Positions 1 to 8,476 of a stretch of 64,000 nucleotides of DNA are shown piece by piece (the stretch's first letter is position 1; every line of letters starts with the position of its first letter). The notes beneath the pieces were generated by a model. That model made no database searches, was not told where the DNA came from, and worked only from the letters and a program-made list of their open reading frames with translations. The stretch covers positions 1 through 64,000 of the IMG/VR virus record IMGVR_UViG_3300010165_000001; one strand, 5' to 3'. This stretch comes from a virus. A program made the translations under genes and the position numbers.

Positions 1-2
1 AA

Positions 3-80
3 GAGCAACCTCAAGAACAACAAACAGAACAATATCAAGAAGAACAAACAGAAGAAGAAGAAGAAGAAGAAGAGGAATAA
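3..80 (+). CDS. 3' end of a gene starting upstream of the window; poly-Glu tail (GAA x7 at 51-71)
   Basis: Only frame open from window edge to TAA 78-80 (..EQYQEEQTEEEEEEEEE*); terminator follows. Confidence 0.5.
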   Translation, partial: EQPQEQQTEQYQEEQTEEEEEEEEE

Positions 81-96
81 ACCTCTTCTTTTTTAT
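69..96 (+). terminator. rho-independent terminator
   Basis: GAAGAGG 69-75 / CCTCTTC 82-88 stem, then TTTTTTATTTT. Confidence 0.7.
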
Positions 97-149
97 TTTA
101 TAAACGTTGATATATTAGACTATAGAGCTTAAAAAAGTAGGTGTATAAA

Positions 150-506
150 ATGGATATAGGTATCTTAGTAACATCAATTTTAGCTTTTATTTCTTCTTTA
201 CTTATCTTAGGTATAATTATTGTTCAATTTAGACCTAAACAAACAATATTGTTCGATTCAATATTTTATGTTATAATATTAGTATCAACAGTATACTTAA
301 CAATAATGTTTAGGGAAACAGCATCATTAATTAGGTATGATATTCTAAATACTGTCTCAAATACATCACGTTACAGTTATTTTATTGATATTTGGATTGT
401 TATGTCTGTATCATCTATAGGTGTAATTGTAGGATACGTAATTGTAGAAATAATAAATTATGTTAAAAGAAAAAACTATGAAAGTATATGGTATAAAAAA
501 GATTAA
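150..506 (+). CDS. multi-pass membrane protein
   Basis: ATG 150 with GGTG SD preferred over track GTG 141; several hydrophobic spans. Confidence 0.65.
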   Translation: MDIGILVTSILAFISSLLILGIIIVQFRPKQTILFDSIFYVIILVSTVYLTIMFRETASLIRYDILNTVSNTSRYSYFIDIWIVMSVSSIGVIVGYVIVEIINYVKRKNYESIWYKKD

Positions 507-526
507 AAGATAATGGTGATTACAAA

Positions 527-892
527 TTGACATACGGACAAGATAAGAAGTGGGTAGAAGCTAAAAAATTTATTGAAGAGCAAGGAATGAAAAATAATTG
601 GATAGAAGTTGTTGATTATTATAGACAAATTGGTGGTAAGCACGTTACGGTATTTATTGCTATAGATAAAGTTAAATACATGATATTAGAAGCTACAACA
701 GATAATCAAGTTATTCTTGTAGATAAAGATAATCATATTAAACTTGAGGATTATGACATTGTTTATAATAGTCGAAAGATGTTTTATTATATCGAAGAAC
801 CCTTTGAAGTTAAGATAAATGTTAGTGAAGATATTAAGAATAGAACATTTAATAACTCTACTTCAATAACGATTGTTAGGAGTGAGGAATAA
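527..892 (+). CDS. hypothetical protein
   Basis: TTG start with GGTGA SD; abuts next gene. Confidence 0.55.
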   Translation: MTYGQDKKWVEAKKFIEEQGMKNNWIEVVDYYRQIGGKHVTVFIAIDKVKYMILEATTDNQVILVDKDNHIKLEDYDIVYNSRKMFYYIEEPFEVKINVSEDIKNRTFNNSTSITIVRSEE

Positions 893-2536
893 TTGGCAGA
901 CTTTTGGAAGTCTTTAAGGTTAGGTGGATTAAAAGATGGTACTGAGAACTACGATATAGAGTTACCTGAAGAAAACCTAGCACTAAACATAAGAGAGATA
1001 GAGAAAAATGCTAAAGACAATAATATTAATAAGTCTTTAAATGGAAATCAAAAAGCCTATGCAGAACCTTTTTTAACTGCTTTTGATTCAAACCCTGAAT
1101 ATAGGGATAAGAGTAGTTATACTAAGGGAGAACATAACTTACATGATGTACTTAAAAAGTTTGGAAGTAATCCAATCTTAAACTCAGTAATACTTACGAG
1201 ACAAAACCAAGTATCTATGTATTGTCAACCTGCTAGATACTCAGAAAAAGGTTTAGGGTTCCAAGTAAGAATGAGAGATTTTAATAAAGAACCTGGTAGA
1301 CAACAAAAAGAAGAGATTAAACGTATAGAAGAATTTTTACTTAACACAGGTAAAGATAAAGATATTGATAGAGATACATTCCAAAACTTCTGTAGAAAAA
1401 TTGTTAGAGATACGTATATATTTGACCAAGTTAATTTTGAGAAAATATTTAATAAAAAGACAAATAAACTAGAGAAATTTATAGCAGTTGACCCTAGTAC
1501 AATATTCTATGGAACAAATGCTAAAGGTGAGATTATTAAAGGTGGTCAACGTTACGTTCAAGTTATAGATAAGCAAGTTCGAGCTGCTTTTACTTCTAGA
1601 GAAATGGCAATGGGTATTAGAAACCCAAGAACAGATATAGGTTCAAGTGGTTATGGATTGTCTGAAGTAGAGATAGCTATGAGAGAGTTAATCGCCTTTA
1701 TAAATACTGAGTCTTTTAATGATAGGTTCTTCTCACATGGAGGAACAACTAGAGGTGTCTTACAGATTAAAACAGGACAGCAACAGTCCCAAAGAGCACT
1801 TCAAAACTTTAAGCGTGAATGGAAAAATAGTTTAAGTGGTATCAATGGAAGTTGGCAAATTCCTGTAGTAAGTGCTGAAGATATTAACTTTGTTAACATG
1901 ACACCAACTGCAAATGATATGCAGTTCGAGAAGTGGTTGAATTTTCTTATCAATATTATAGCCAGTTTATATGGTATTGACCCTGCTGAGATTGGTTTCC
2001 CTAATAGAGGAGGAGCTACAGGTTCTAAGGGTGGAAATACTTTAAATGAATCAGACCCTCAAAAGAAACTTCAACAATCACAAAATAAAGGTTTACAACC
2101 TTTACTTAGGTTCTTAGAGGATTTAATTAATAAACATTTAGTTGCAGAATTTGGAGACCAATATCTTTTCCAATTTGTTGGTGGGGATACGAAGTCCGAA
2201 GAAGAGAAATTAGATATATTAACTAAAGAAGTATCTACATTCAAAACAGTTAATGAAGCACGTAAAGAAAAAGGTCTTGAACCTATAGAAGGTGGAGACG
2301 TTATCCTTAAAGCTGAATATATCCAAGGTATTGGACAAGATATGAACAGAGAGAGATTTGAAGCTGAAAAAGAAGGATTATTAGGAAATGACTCACCAGA
2401 TAAGCTAGACCCAAGTAAGCAACCTCTTGATGGTACAGATGAAGATGTTAATGGTAAAGCTGATGAAATAGGTAAAGATGGACAACCTAAAGATGATAAA
2501 GTAGGATACCAAAAACAAACAATGGATGAAGAATAA
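893..2536 (+). CDS. portal-like protein (HK97-type portal family resemblance)
   Basis: 547 aa; SGYGLSEVE..FFSHGGTTRGVL..QFEKWLNFLINIIASLYGIDPAEIGF resembles portal core; acidic tail; TTG start after AGGAGTGAGGA. Confidence 0.6.
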   Translation: MADFWKSLRLGGLKDGTENYDIELPEENLALNIREIEKNAKDNNINKSLNGNQKAYAEPFLTAFDSNPEYRDKSSYTKGEHNLHDVLKKFGSNPILNSVILTRQNQVSMYCQPARYSEKGLGFQVRMRDFNKEPGRQQKEEIKRIEEFLLNTGKDKDIDRDTFQNFCRKIVRDTYIFDQVNFEKIFNKKTNKLEKFIAVDPSTIFYGTNAKGEIIKGGQRYVQVIDKQVRAAFTSREMAMGIRNPRTDIGSSGYGLSEVEIAMRELIAFINTESFNDRFFSHGGTTRGVLQIKTGQQQSQRALQNFKREWKNSLSGINGSWQIPVVSAEDINFVNMTPTANDMQFEKWLNFLINIIASLYGIDPAEIGFPNRGGATGSKGGNTLNESDPQKKLQQSQNKGLQPLLRFLEDLINKHLVAEFGDQYLFQFVGGDTKSEEEKLDILTKEVSTFKTVNEARKEKGLEPIEGGDVILKAEYIQGIGQDMNRERFEAEKEGLLGNDSPDKLDPSKQPLDGTDEDVNGKADEIGKDGQPKDDKVGYQKQTMDEE

Positions 2537-2538
2537 TA

Positions 2539-2570
2539 TTAACCCCTTAAAATAGGGGTTAATTATTTAA
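2539..2570 (+). terminator. rho-independent terminator
   Basis: TTAACCCCT/AGGGGTTAA stem 2539-2562 then T-rich. Confidence 0.7.
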
Positions 2571-2574
2571 ATAT

Positions 2575-2614
2575 TTGTTGACAACAAAAAACCTTTATGA
2601 TATACTAAGTATAT
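2575..2614 (+). promoter_or_regulatory. sigma-A promoter overlapped by two perfect palindromes
   Basis: TTGACA 2578-2583, 17 nt, TATACT 2601-2606; palindromes TTGTTGaCAACAA 2575-2587 and ATATACTaAGTATAT 2600-2614. Confidence 0.75.
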
Positions 2615-2635
2615 AAAATAAAAGGAGAGATTTAA

Positions 2636-2875
2636 ATGAATTATCATGTAGAAGATTTATACAAAGAGTTAAGTAGTAATTATAAAACAGCTAGAGAGAA
2701 TAAGATTGTAAAATCTAATCCACATTTACTTAAAGATGTAGAGGAAAATTTACATGAATTTGAGATATTGGTTAAAAATAGTATTAAGTTATCCACAATT
2801 CAAAAACAACAATTAATTTCAGACATGACAAAATCTAATGATTATTTAAAAAGTATAGTGACAAAATATAGGTAA
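2636..2875 (+). CDS. hypothetical small protein
   Basis: ORF; SD AAAGGAGAG. Confidence 0.7.
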   Translation: MNYHVEDLYKELSSNYKTARENKIVKSNPHLLKDVEENLHEFEILVKNSIKLSTIQKQQLISDMTKSNDYLKSIVTKYR

Positions 2876-2885
2876 GGATGATAAT

Positions 2886-3089
2886 ATGATAAAATGGTTA
2901 AAAGAGAATGTTTTTAATAACAAAAATAAAACATATCAAATTTGTTTTTTATATAGAAACACACAAAAACTCTATCTAAGAATAGAAGCTACAACACCTG
3001 CAAAAGCAGTTAAGGAAGCTAAAGAATATATAAACGAATTCTCTGCTAACAAAAATGATTATAAATTTCAAGGTGTAGAGGAAGTTTAG
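2886..3089 (+). CDS. hypothetical small protein
   Basis: ORF; SD AAGGA. Confidence 0.7.
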   Translation: MIKWLKENVFNNKNKTYQICFLYRNTQKLYLRIEATTPAKAVKEAKEYINEFSANKNDYKFQGVEEV

Positions 3090-3105
3090 AAAGGAAAAGG
3101 ATATT

Positions 3106-3312
3106 ATGGCTAGTAAAATAATGAAAAGAGTAAGGGAGAAGAAAGGTTATTCTGTTCGTTCTTTAGCAGATGAAATAGGTGTTAACTACTCTTCTATTTC
3201 TTTATGGGAGAATGGTAAACGTAAACCTAGAAATGCAAATGCAATTAAACTAGAAAAAATACTAGGTATGCCTTTACAAGAATTACTAAAGGAGGATACA
3301 AAAGATGACTAA
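3106..3312 (+). CDS. XRE-family helix-turn-helix protein
   Basis: YSVRSLADEIGVNYSSISLWENGKR is a classic Cro/C1-type HTH. Confidence 0.75.
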   Translation: MASKIMKRVREKKGYSVRSLADEIGVNYSSISLWENGKRKPRNANAIKLEKILGMPLQELLKEDTKDD

Positions 3313-3910
3313 CTCAGAAATATTAGAAGGATATTTAGATGAAGCTAGAGATAAAGTGGATACTTATGAACTTATGGAACTTAATGAAGTTGAAAGAGTT
3401 TTAGGTACAGAAAACTTTATGAAGCTTTATGAAACAATTGAAGACCATTTAACAATTGAAGAAAGACTACATGTTTATGGTTCATTGGATAAATTATTAA
3501 ATGCTAATAAAAGTGATTTTGTAAAATATGAAGAGGGTACAGTATATCGTAAACATTCACCTATAGAAGAGAAGGCAGAGTTCTATTCCTCAATATTGAG
3601 TGATAGTATTGGACAAGCAATTGAAGATATTCGATATAATCTTAAAAACACAGGAGAGACTGTAGTTATGAGTTCTATTATTGAATATATAGTCTTAGGT
3701 AGTGACTTAAGCGAAGAAGATTCTTTATACAGTACTGAAGTTATTAAGTATTTAAGAAAAAATAAAAATAACTTAAGTAAGATGTTAGATAACTTAAAAG
3801 TTATTGATGATAATGTTGAGAATGGTTATTACTTAGACATTAACTTCAACAAAGAGGAAGAGCCTAATGATAAAGAAATGTTAGAGATTTTAAAACTTAT
3901 CAATTTCTAG
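3305..3910 (+). CDS. hypothetical protein
   Basis: ORF; SD AAGGAGGA; overlaps previous stop. Confidence 0.7.
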   Translation: MTNSEILEGYLDEARDKVDTYELMELNEVERVLGTENFMKLYETIEDHLTIEERLHVYGSLDKLLNANKSDFVKYEEGTVYRKHSPIEEKAEFYSSILSDSIGQAIEDIRYNLKNTGETVVMSSIIEYIVLGSDLSEEDSLYSTEVIKYLRKNKNNLSKMLDNLKVIDDNVENGYYLDINFNKEEEPNDKEMLEILKLINF

Positions 3911-3922
3911 GAGGATTACCAT

Positions 3923-4117
3923 ATGTTAAAATGTTTGTATAGAGTAATTGTTGATGGTCGAGAAATGTTTGCGGTTGCTAAGAATGAAGATGAAGTTAAG
4001 AAACATTGTTTTGCTTTCTTTGATTATAATGATATAAAAGTGTATTTTTTAAATTACCAAGATAACGATAGTGAATTTCCTTATATTATTAATAGAGAGG
4101 ACTTCTTATATGCTTAA
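3923..4117 (+). CDS. hypothetical small protein
   Basis: ORF; SD TAGGAGGA. Confidence 0.65.
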   Translation: MLKCLYRVIVDGREMFAVAKNEDEVKKHCFAFFDYNDIKVYFLNYQDNDSEFPYIINREDFLYA

Positions 4118-4529
4118 ACTATATACAGATGGTGCAAGCTCATACAAGAGAGGTCTCTATGGCTCTGGATATGTAATTGTAGAAAACGACTCAGAAATCT
4201 ACAGTGCAAGTATTAAAGGAAAATACCCACAATTTGTTAAGTATAATAATGTTGCAGGTGAAATATTTGCTTGTCTTTATGGTGTTGAGAAGTGTATAGA
4301 ACTAGGTTATAAGTCTGTAGAAGTTTATGTAGATTATATTGGTTTGATTAAATGGCGTAGTGGTGCTTGGAGAGCTAAGAATGAATTAAGTCAAGCTTAT
4401 ATAAGTACAATGAGGCATCTAGAACAATATATTGATATAAACTTTAAAAAGGTGAAAGCACACTCAAAAGAATTAGGGGATAAATGGAATGAAAGGGCAG
4501 ATGACCTAGCAACAAGTTCAATCAACTAG
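4110..4529 (+). CDS. RNase H (RNase HI-like)
   Basis: YTDGAS..AGE..VDY..NERADDLA (DEDD pattern); internal ATG 4110 with AGAGAGGA SD preferred over track start 4071. Confidence 0.75.
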   Translation: MLKLYTDGASSYKRGLYGSGYVIVENDSEIYSASIKGKYPQFVKYNNVAGEIFACLYGVEKCIELGYKSVEVYVDYIGLIKWRSGAWRAKNELSQAYISTMRHLEQYIDINFKKVKAHSKELGDKWNERADDLATSSIN

Positions 4530-4539
4530 GAGTGGTAAT

Positions 4540-4686
4540 TTGGAATACGAGAACTTAGATATAGCTTTAGATTATATTAAAGGTAAAATACATGACCTAC
4601 AAATAGATAGTGAAGATGAGAAGAATAATGAACTTATTGATTCTTTAGAAGACTTATTATCATTTGTAGAACAAAATAGACAGTAA
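4540..4686 (+). CDS. hypothetical small acidic protein (48 aa, not in track)
   Basis: TTG start after AGGAGTGG; fills gap between RNase H and PhoH. Confidence 0.45.
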   Translation: MEYENLDIALDYIKGKIHDLQIDSEDEKNNELIDSLEDLLSFVEQNRQ

Positions 4687-4702
4687 GGGGATACTTGTAA
4701 AT

Positions 4703-5464
4703 ATGGCATACTTTGGAATTAGTGCAAAAAATGAAGAACAAAAATTAGCTTTGAGAGCTTTAGATAATGATAAACCTATAACAATTTTGACAGGTACTTC
4801 AGGAGTAGGTAAATCTTTATTAGCTCAAGCAGTTGGACTTGAAAAAGTTATAGAAACTAAAGAGTTTAAAAGGTTAATATATACTAGATTGCAAGTGGAT
4901 GTCGGGGCTGACAGAGGATTCCTACCAGGGAGTGATGGAGAGAAGTTATACCCTTATATCGCCCCCTTCTTAGATAATTTAGATGTTATGTCTTCTGAAA
5001 ATAGTAATATAAAAGATTATTTATTGTTTGAAGGTCAAGACGATAGTAAGAAAAAAGTTTTCTTTGATAGTATACAATCTATTCGAGGAAGGTCTTTAGA
5101 TGGATGGATTATTATAGATGAAGTTCAAAACTTAGATATACACACGATTACCGCTATAGCTACTAGGTTAAAAGCGGAAAATGCTAAGTTAATTCTGATG
5201 GGTAACTTTAGTCAAATTGATGATAAGAAATTAAGAAACCCTGAACAAAATGGTTTTTATCAATTACTAAAAGGTTTATATGAAAAAGACCCAGAACAAG
5301 AATTCTTTGACCATATTAATATGGTTCAAACACATAGACACCCTGTTGTAGATTTGATAGAAGATATTTTAAGGACAGATAAAAACGTAGACCCTGTATT
5401 CTATGAACTAGAGAACAGAGGAACATTAAAAGAATATAATAATAAATATGGTATAAAAGGTTAA
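4703..5464 (+). CDS. phoH: PhoH-like ATPase
   Basis: Walker A GTSGVGKS, Walker B IIDEVQNL, typical PhoH length. Confidence 0.85.
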   Translation: MAYFGISAKNEEQKLALRALDNDKPITILTGTSGVGKSLLAQAVGLEKVIETKEFKRLIYTRLQVDVGADRGFLPGSDGEKLYPYIAPFLDNLDVMSSENSNIKDYLLFEGQDDSKKKVFFDSIQSIRGRSLDGWIIIDEVQNLDIHTITAIATRLKAENAKLILMGNFSQIDDKKLRNPEQNGFYQLLKGLYEKDPEQEFFDHINMVQTHRHPVVDLIEDILRTDKNVDPVFYELENRGTLKEYNNKYGIKG

Positions 5465-5468
5465 GATA

Positions 5469-5732
5469 ATGATGGAATACAATAAAGAAACCGTACAAAA
5501 TAAAAATGAAATAGTATTTTATGATGAAATAGAAGAGAAGTATGTTAAGGAAGTTAATCATAATAGCGTACCTATCTCTTTTACAAAAATATTAGAAGAA
5601 GCTTTAGCGATACCTAATACAATTAAGTTTAAGAATTCTAGGAAGTATGAATCATTATTAGAGAACGATAATGTTACACCTATTAATAAAATAGAAACTA
5701 CAACATATACTACGAGATTAGAAGGCTTTTAA
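5469..5732 (+). CDS. hypothetical protein
   Basis: ORF; stop inside terminator stem. Confidence 0.6.
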   Translation: MMEYNKETVQNKNEIVFYDEIEEKYVKEVNHNSVPISFTKILEEALAIPNTIKFKNSRKYESLLENDNVTPINKIETTTYTTRLEGF

Positions 5733-5749
5733 TAGCCTTCTTTTTTTTT
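5721..5749 (+). terminator. rho-independent terminator
   Basis: GAAGGCT/AGCCTTC stem then T9. Confidence 0.75.
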
Positions 5750-5760
5750 ATATTTTATAC

Positions 5761-5789
5761 TTGTATTTTTAATAATTAGATGTTATAAT
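5761..5789 (+). promoter_or_regulatory. sigma-A-like promoter
   Basis: TTGTAT-17-TATAAT. Confidence 0.6.
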
Positions 5790-5821
5790 ATAGTTAAGTT
5801 AAAAGAAAGGATTGGTAAAAC

Positions 5822-5947
5822 ATGGAAGCAAAAGTAATTATAGAAGTAGAAGAAGCGAAAGAAATATTAGAAAAATTAGATAAAGGAACACCATTATATA
5901 ATAAGATTTTAAACCAAGTCGTAAATGCGAAAGGAGTAGGGAAATGA
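5822..5947 (+). CDS. hypothetical small protein (41 aa, not in track)
   Basis: ATG after GAAAGGA; ATGA overlap with next gene. Confidence 0.5.
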   Translation: MEAKVIIEVEEAKEILEKLDKGTPLYNKILNQVVNAKGVGK

Positions 5948-6378
5948 TTGTAATTAATAAAATAGTAGATGATATGGAAGAACTTTCCAGTAAAGCAGAT
6001 AATAAATATGTTTCTAATACATATAATAATGTAAGTAAATTAACAGATGAATATGAAGAAATTATGTTAGATAACTTAACACAAGCTACATTAAATATGT
6101 TAGAAACTCAAAATATATGTAAAGATGTACGTATGGATTCAGAGTTTGCAAATCAAATAAGAACACAAATTAGAATGAGAATTGAATGTCCAGAGTTAAA
6201 TTCAGAAGATTTTCATAACTTATGGTTAGAAGATATGAAAGAAAAGGGATATACTAGAGGTGATGTATTTTCTCAAAGAAATTTAACACACCCTAATGTT
6301 GTAGAATATAAATGTTTAAATAAAAATATCCACATTAAAGATAAAATTATAGATAACTTAGTAGATGCTTTTATTTAA
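5944..6378 (+). CDS. hypothetical protein
   Basis: ORF; SD AAAGGAG. Confidence 0.7.
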   Translation: MIVINKIVDDMEELSSKADNKYVSNTYNNVSKLTDEYEEIMLDNLTQATLNMLETQNICKDVRMDSEFANQIRTQIRMRIECPELNSEDFHNLWLEDMKEKGYTRGDVFSQRNLTHPNVVEYKCLNKNIHIKDKIIDNLVDAFI

Positions 6379-6395
6379 TACATGTTAAAACATAA

Positions 6396-6420
6396 TAAGG
6401 GTCTAATAAACCCTTATTTT
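6396..6420 (+). terminator. rho-independent terminator
   Basis: TAAGGG/CCCTTA stem then TTTT. Confidence 0.6.
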
Positions 6421-6451
6421 TAACTTAATATAAAAAAATAGTATAATTTAG

Positions 6452-6480
6452 TTGACAGTACATTTTAAACATGATATTAT
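6452..6480 (+). promoter_or_regulatory. sigma-A promoter
   Basis: TTGACA-17-TATTAT. Confidence 0.75.
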
Positions 6481-6509
6481 TAATATATAAGGTATAAGGA
6501 GGAAATCAA

Positions 6510-6935
6510 ATGGTTAAAATAAAAACTAAGAAAACTATGAACTTACCACAGTTGATTGAATGGGCGTGGGAAAATGATGTAACAAATACATGGCATAGAG
6601 CTAGTAATGTTGAAGAGTATATCTCGGAAGTATTTTTCGATGCAACGGGATTACCTCGGTTTTCAAACACATTCAATAAAAATGATACTTTCACAGTCGA
6701 AGTCGAAGAAGAAATTACGGAAGATACAGAAATACCTAGATTATTAACTACATTCAAAAAGATATATTTAAAAGATAACTTTGGTTATCAACGAGTGAGA
6801 ATTGATGATAACTATCCAATTAAACTCATGTTGGATAAAGCAGAAGCCCATAGTGAACCATTAGAAACACTACACCTTGTTAATAACGATGGCACACACA
6901 CTTTAATCTGGCGTGACGGGAGATTGATTGAATGA
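6510..6935 (+). CDS. hypothetical protein, paralog of 51123..51554
   Basis: Shares NLPQLIEW and NKNDTFTVEVEEEITEDT with the minus-arm copy. Confidence 0.7.
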   Translation: MVKIKTKKTMNLPQLIEWAWENDVTNTWHRASNVEEYISEVFFDATGLPRFSNTFNKNDTFTVEVEEEITEDTEIPRLLTTFKKIYLKDNFGYQRVRIDDNYPIKLMLDKAEAHSEPLETLHLVNNDGTHTLIWRDGRLIE

Positions 6936-7009
6936 AAGAATTTACGGTTTGGTTATCAGTGGTAATCATATTGGCAATCATACTATGGATAATGTGGATA
7001 ACTATATAA
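6932..7009 (+). CDS. tiny single-TM peptide (25 aa, not in track)
   Basis: MKEFTVWLSVVIILAIILWIMWITI; ATGA overlap with upstream stop. Confidence 0.4.
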   Translation: MKEFTVWLSVVIILAIILWIMWITI

Positions 7010-7022
7010 AGGAGTGATTAGG

Positions 7023-7640
7023 GTGAAAAAGGTAATGAATATCGAAGATAAGTCATTTAGTCAAAAGGAATTTTTCGAGAAGCATAAAGCAGGTAAAGAA
7101 CATTTACCATTAAGAGAAAAAAGGTGTAGTGAATGCCCTTCTACTGATATGTATTACGAAATTTCAAAAGGGTTATCGGAACAAGAAACTGAATTACAAG
7201 TAGATTGTGCTAGCAGTTGGTTTTGTCACTGTACACCTAACAAATCATGCAGAGGTGTAGCTGATTATTTAAGCACTAAAGGTAATATCGACATAGAAAA
7301 TAACAAAATAGTACCTAAGGAGAGATTAGGAATGGAAGAGTTAGTAAAATCAGTAGAACAATGGAGTAAAGATAAAGGACTAGATACAGGAAATCGTTTT
7401 GTACAATATGCTAAGGCATCTGAAGAATTTGGTGAGGTTGGTGCTGCACTGTGTCGTGACAACCATGAAGATTTAAAAGATGGAATTGGAGATGTAGTTG
7501 TAACAATGATTATTTTAGCACAACAAAATGGTATGAATTTAGAAGAATGTTTAGAGCAAGCGTATGGAGAAATAAAAGATAGAAAAGGTAAGATGTCTAA
7601 AGATGGCTCATTTATTAAAGAAAGTGATATTAATGAGTAA
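7023..7640 (+). CDS. mazG: MazG-like nucleotide pyrophosphohydrolase with Cys-rich N-terminal domain
   Basis: C-half EEFGEVGAAL..DGIGDVVVTMIILA..AYGEIKDRKG; N-half has 7 Cys; GTG 7023 after AAGGAG; internal AAGGAGAG + ATG 7332. Confidence 0.75.
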   Translation: MKKVMNIEDKSFSQKEFFEKHKAGKEHLPLREKRCSECPSTDMYYEISKGLSEQETELQVDCASSWFCHCTPNKSCRGVADYLSTKGNIDIENNKIVPKERLGMEELVKSVEQWSKDKGLDTGNRFVQYAKASEEFGEVGAALCRDNHEDLKDGIGDVVVTMIILAQQNGMNLEECLEQAYGEIKDRKGKMSKDGSFIKESDINE

Positions 7641-8304
7641 AGCCATAGATATGACAGGATACAAGTTTAATGGTTGTGAAGTAATAGAAAAAGAGAGTTA
7701 TAAAATACATGATAGAGTTGCATGGCTATGCGTGTGTTATTGTGGAGAATATTTTTCTGCAACAGGGAAACATATTAGGAACGAAAGTGTAAAATCTTGT
7801 GGATGACTTAGAAAGGAAATATTGGGCAGTCAAGGTGAAAAAAATAAAAAGCATGGTGAAACAAATAGTAAACTTTATAGTGTTTGGCGAGGGATTAAGA
7901 AGAGATGTAGAGTTTCAAATACTCCAAACTACGAGAATTACGGTGGCAGAGGTATAGATGTTTGTGATGAGTGGTATTATGATTTTGAAAGTTTTAGAGA
8001 TTGGGCTATAAAAAATGGATATGAGGAAGGTCTATCAATAGATAGAGTAGATGTTAACGGGAATTATGAACCTTCTAACTGTCGATGGTCTACAATGAAA
8101 GAACAACAAAATAATAGAAGAAATACAAAGTATGGAATGTATAAAGGAGAGATGATGACATTTTCGGAAATTGCCGAAATAACAGGGTTGTCTCTTCAGT
8201 CAATTCACTATCGTCATAAAAACAATATCGATTTTGAAAAACCAAAAAAACAATTAAAAAAATCTAAAGAAATACCAGAAAATAAATCTGAAGACTTAAA
8301 GTAA
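7633..8304 (+). pseudogene. HNH/homing-endonuclease-like gene interrupted by one in-frame TGA (7804-7806)
   Basis: Track ORFs 7603..7806 and 7822..8304 share a frame; ..VKSCG-TGA-LRKE..HGETNSKLYSVWRGIKKRC..YGGRGI.VCDEW. Confidence 0.6.
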
Positions 8305-8314
8305 AGGTGAGAAT

Positions 8315-8476
8315 ATGAAGAAAATAATAATTATACTATCAATTACAATACCACTTATTATATTAACGAAATATCTTATTCAAGAATTAAACTACTACTT
8401 AACAGCAAATGACGATATAGATTTACCAGGTTTCAACGAAATAGACCACAAACATTTAAATGGGGTTTTTAAATGA
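8315..8476 (+). CDS. small membrane protein (53 aa, not in track)
   Basis: MKKIIIILSITIPLIIL..; SD AAAGGTGAG; ATGA overlap with next gene. Confidence 0.5.
   Translation: MKKIIIILSITIPLIILTKYLIQELNYYLTANDDIDLPGFNEIDHKHLNGVFK

Noticed and set aside
7804-7806. Selenocysteine decoding of the in-frame TGA
   Set aside because: TGA at a Cys position is suggestive. But I see no convincing SECIS-like hairpin immediately downstream, and no selenocysteine machinery is expected here. A point mutation or read-through is simpler.
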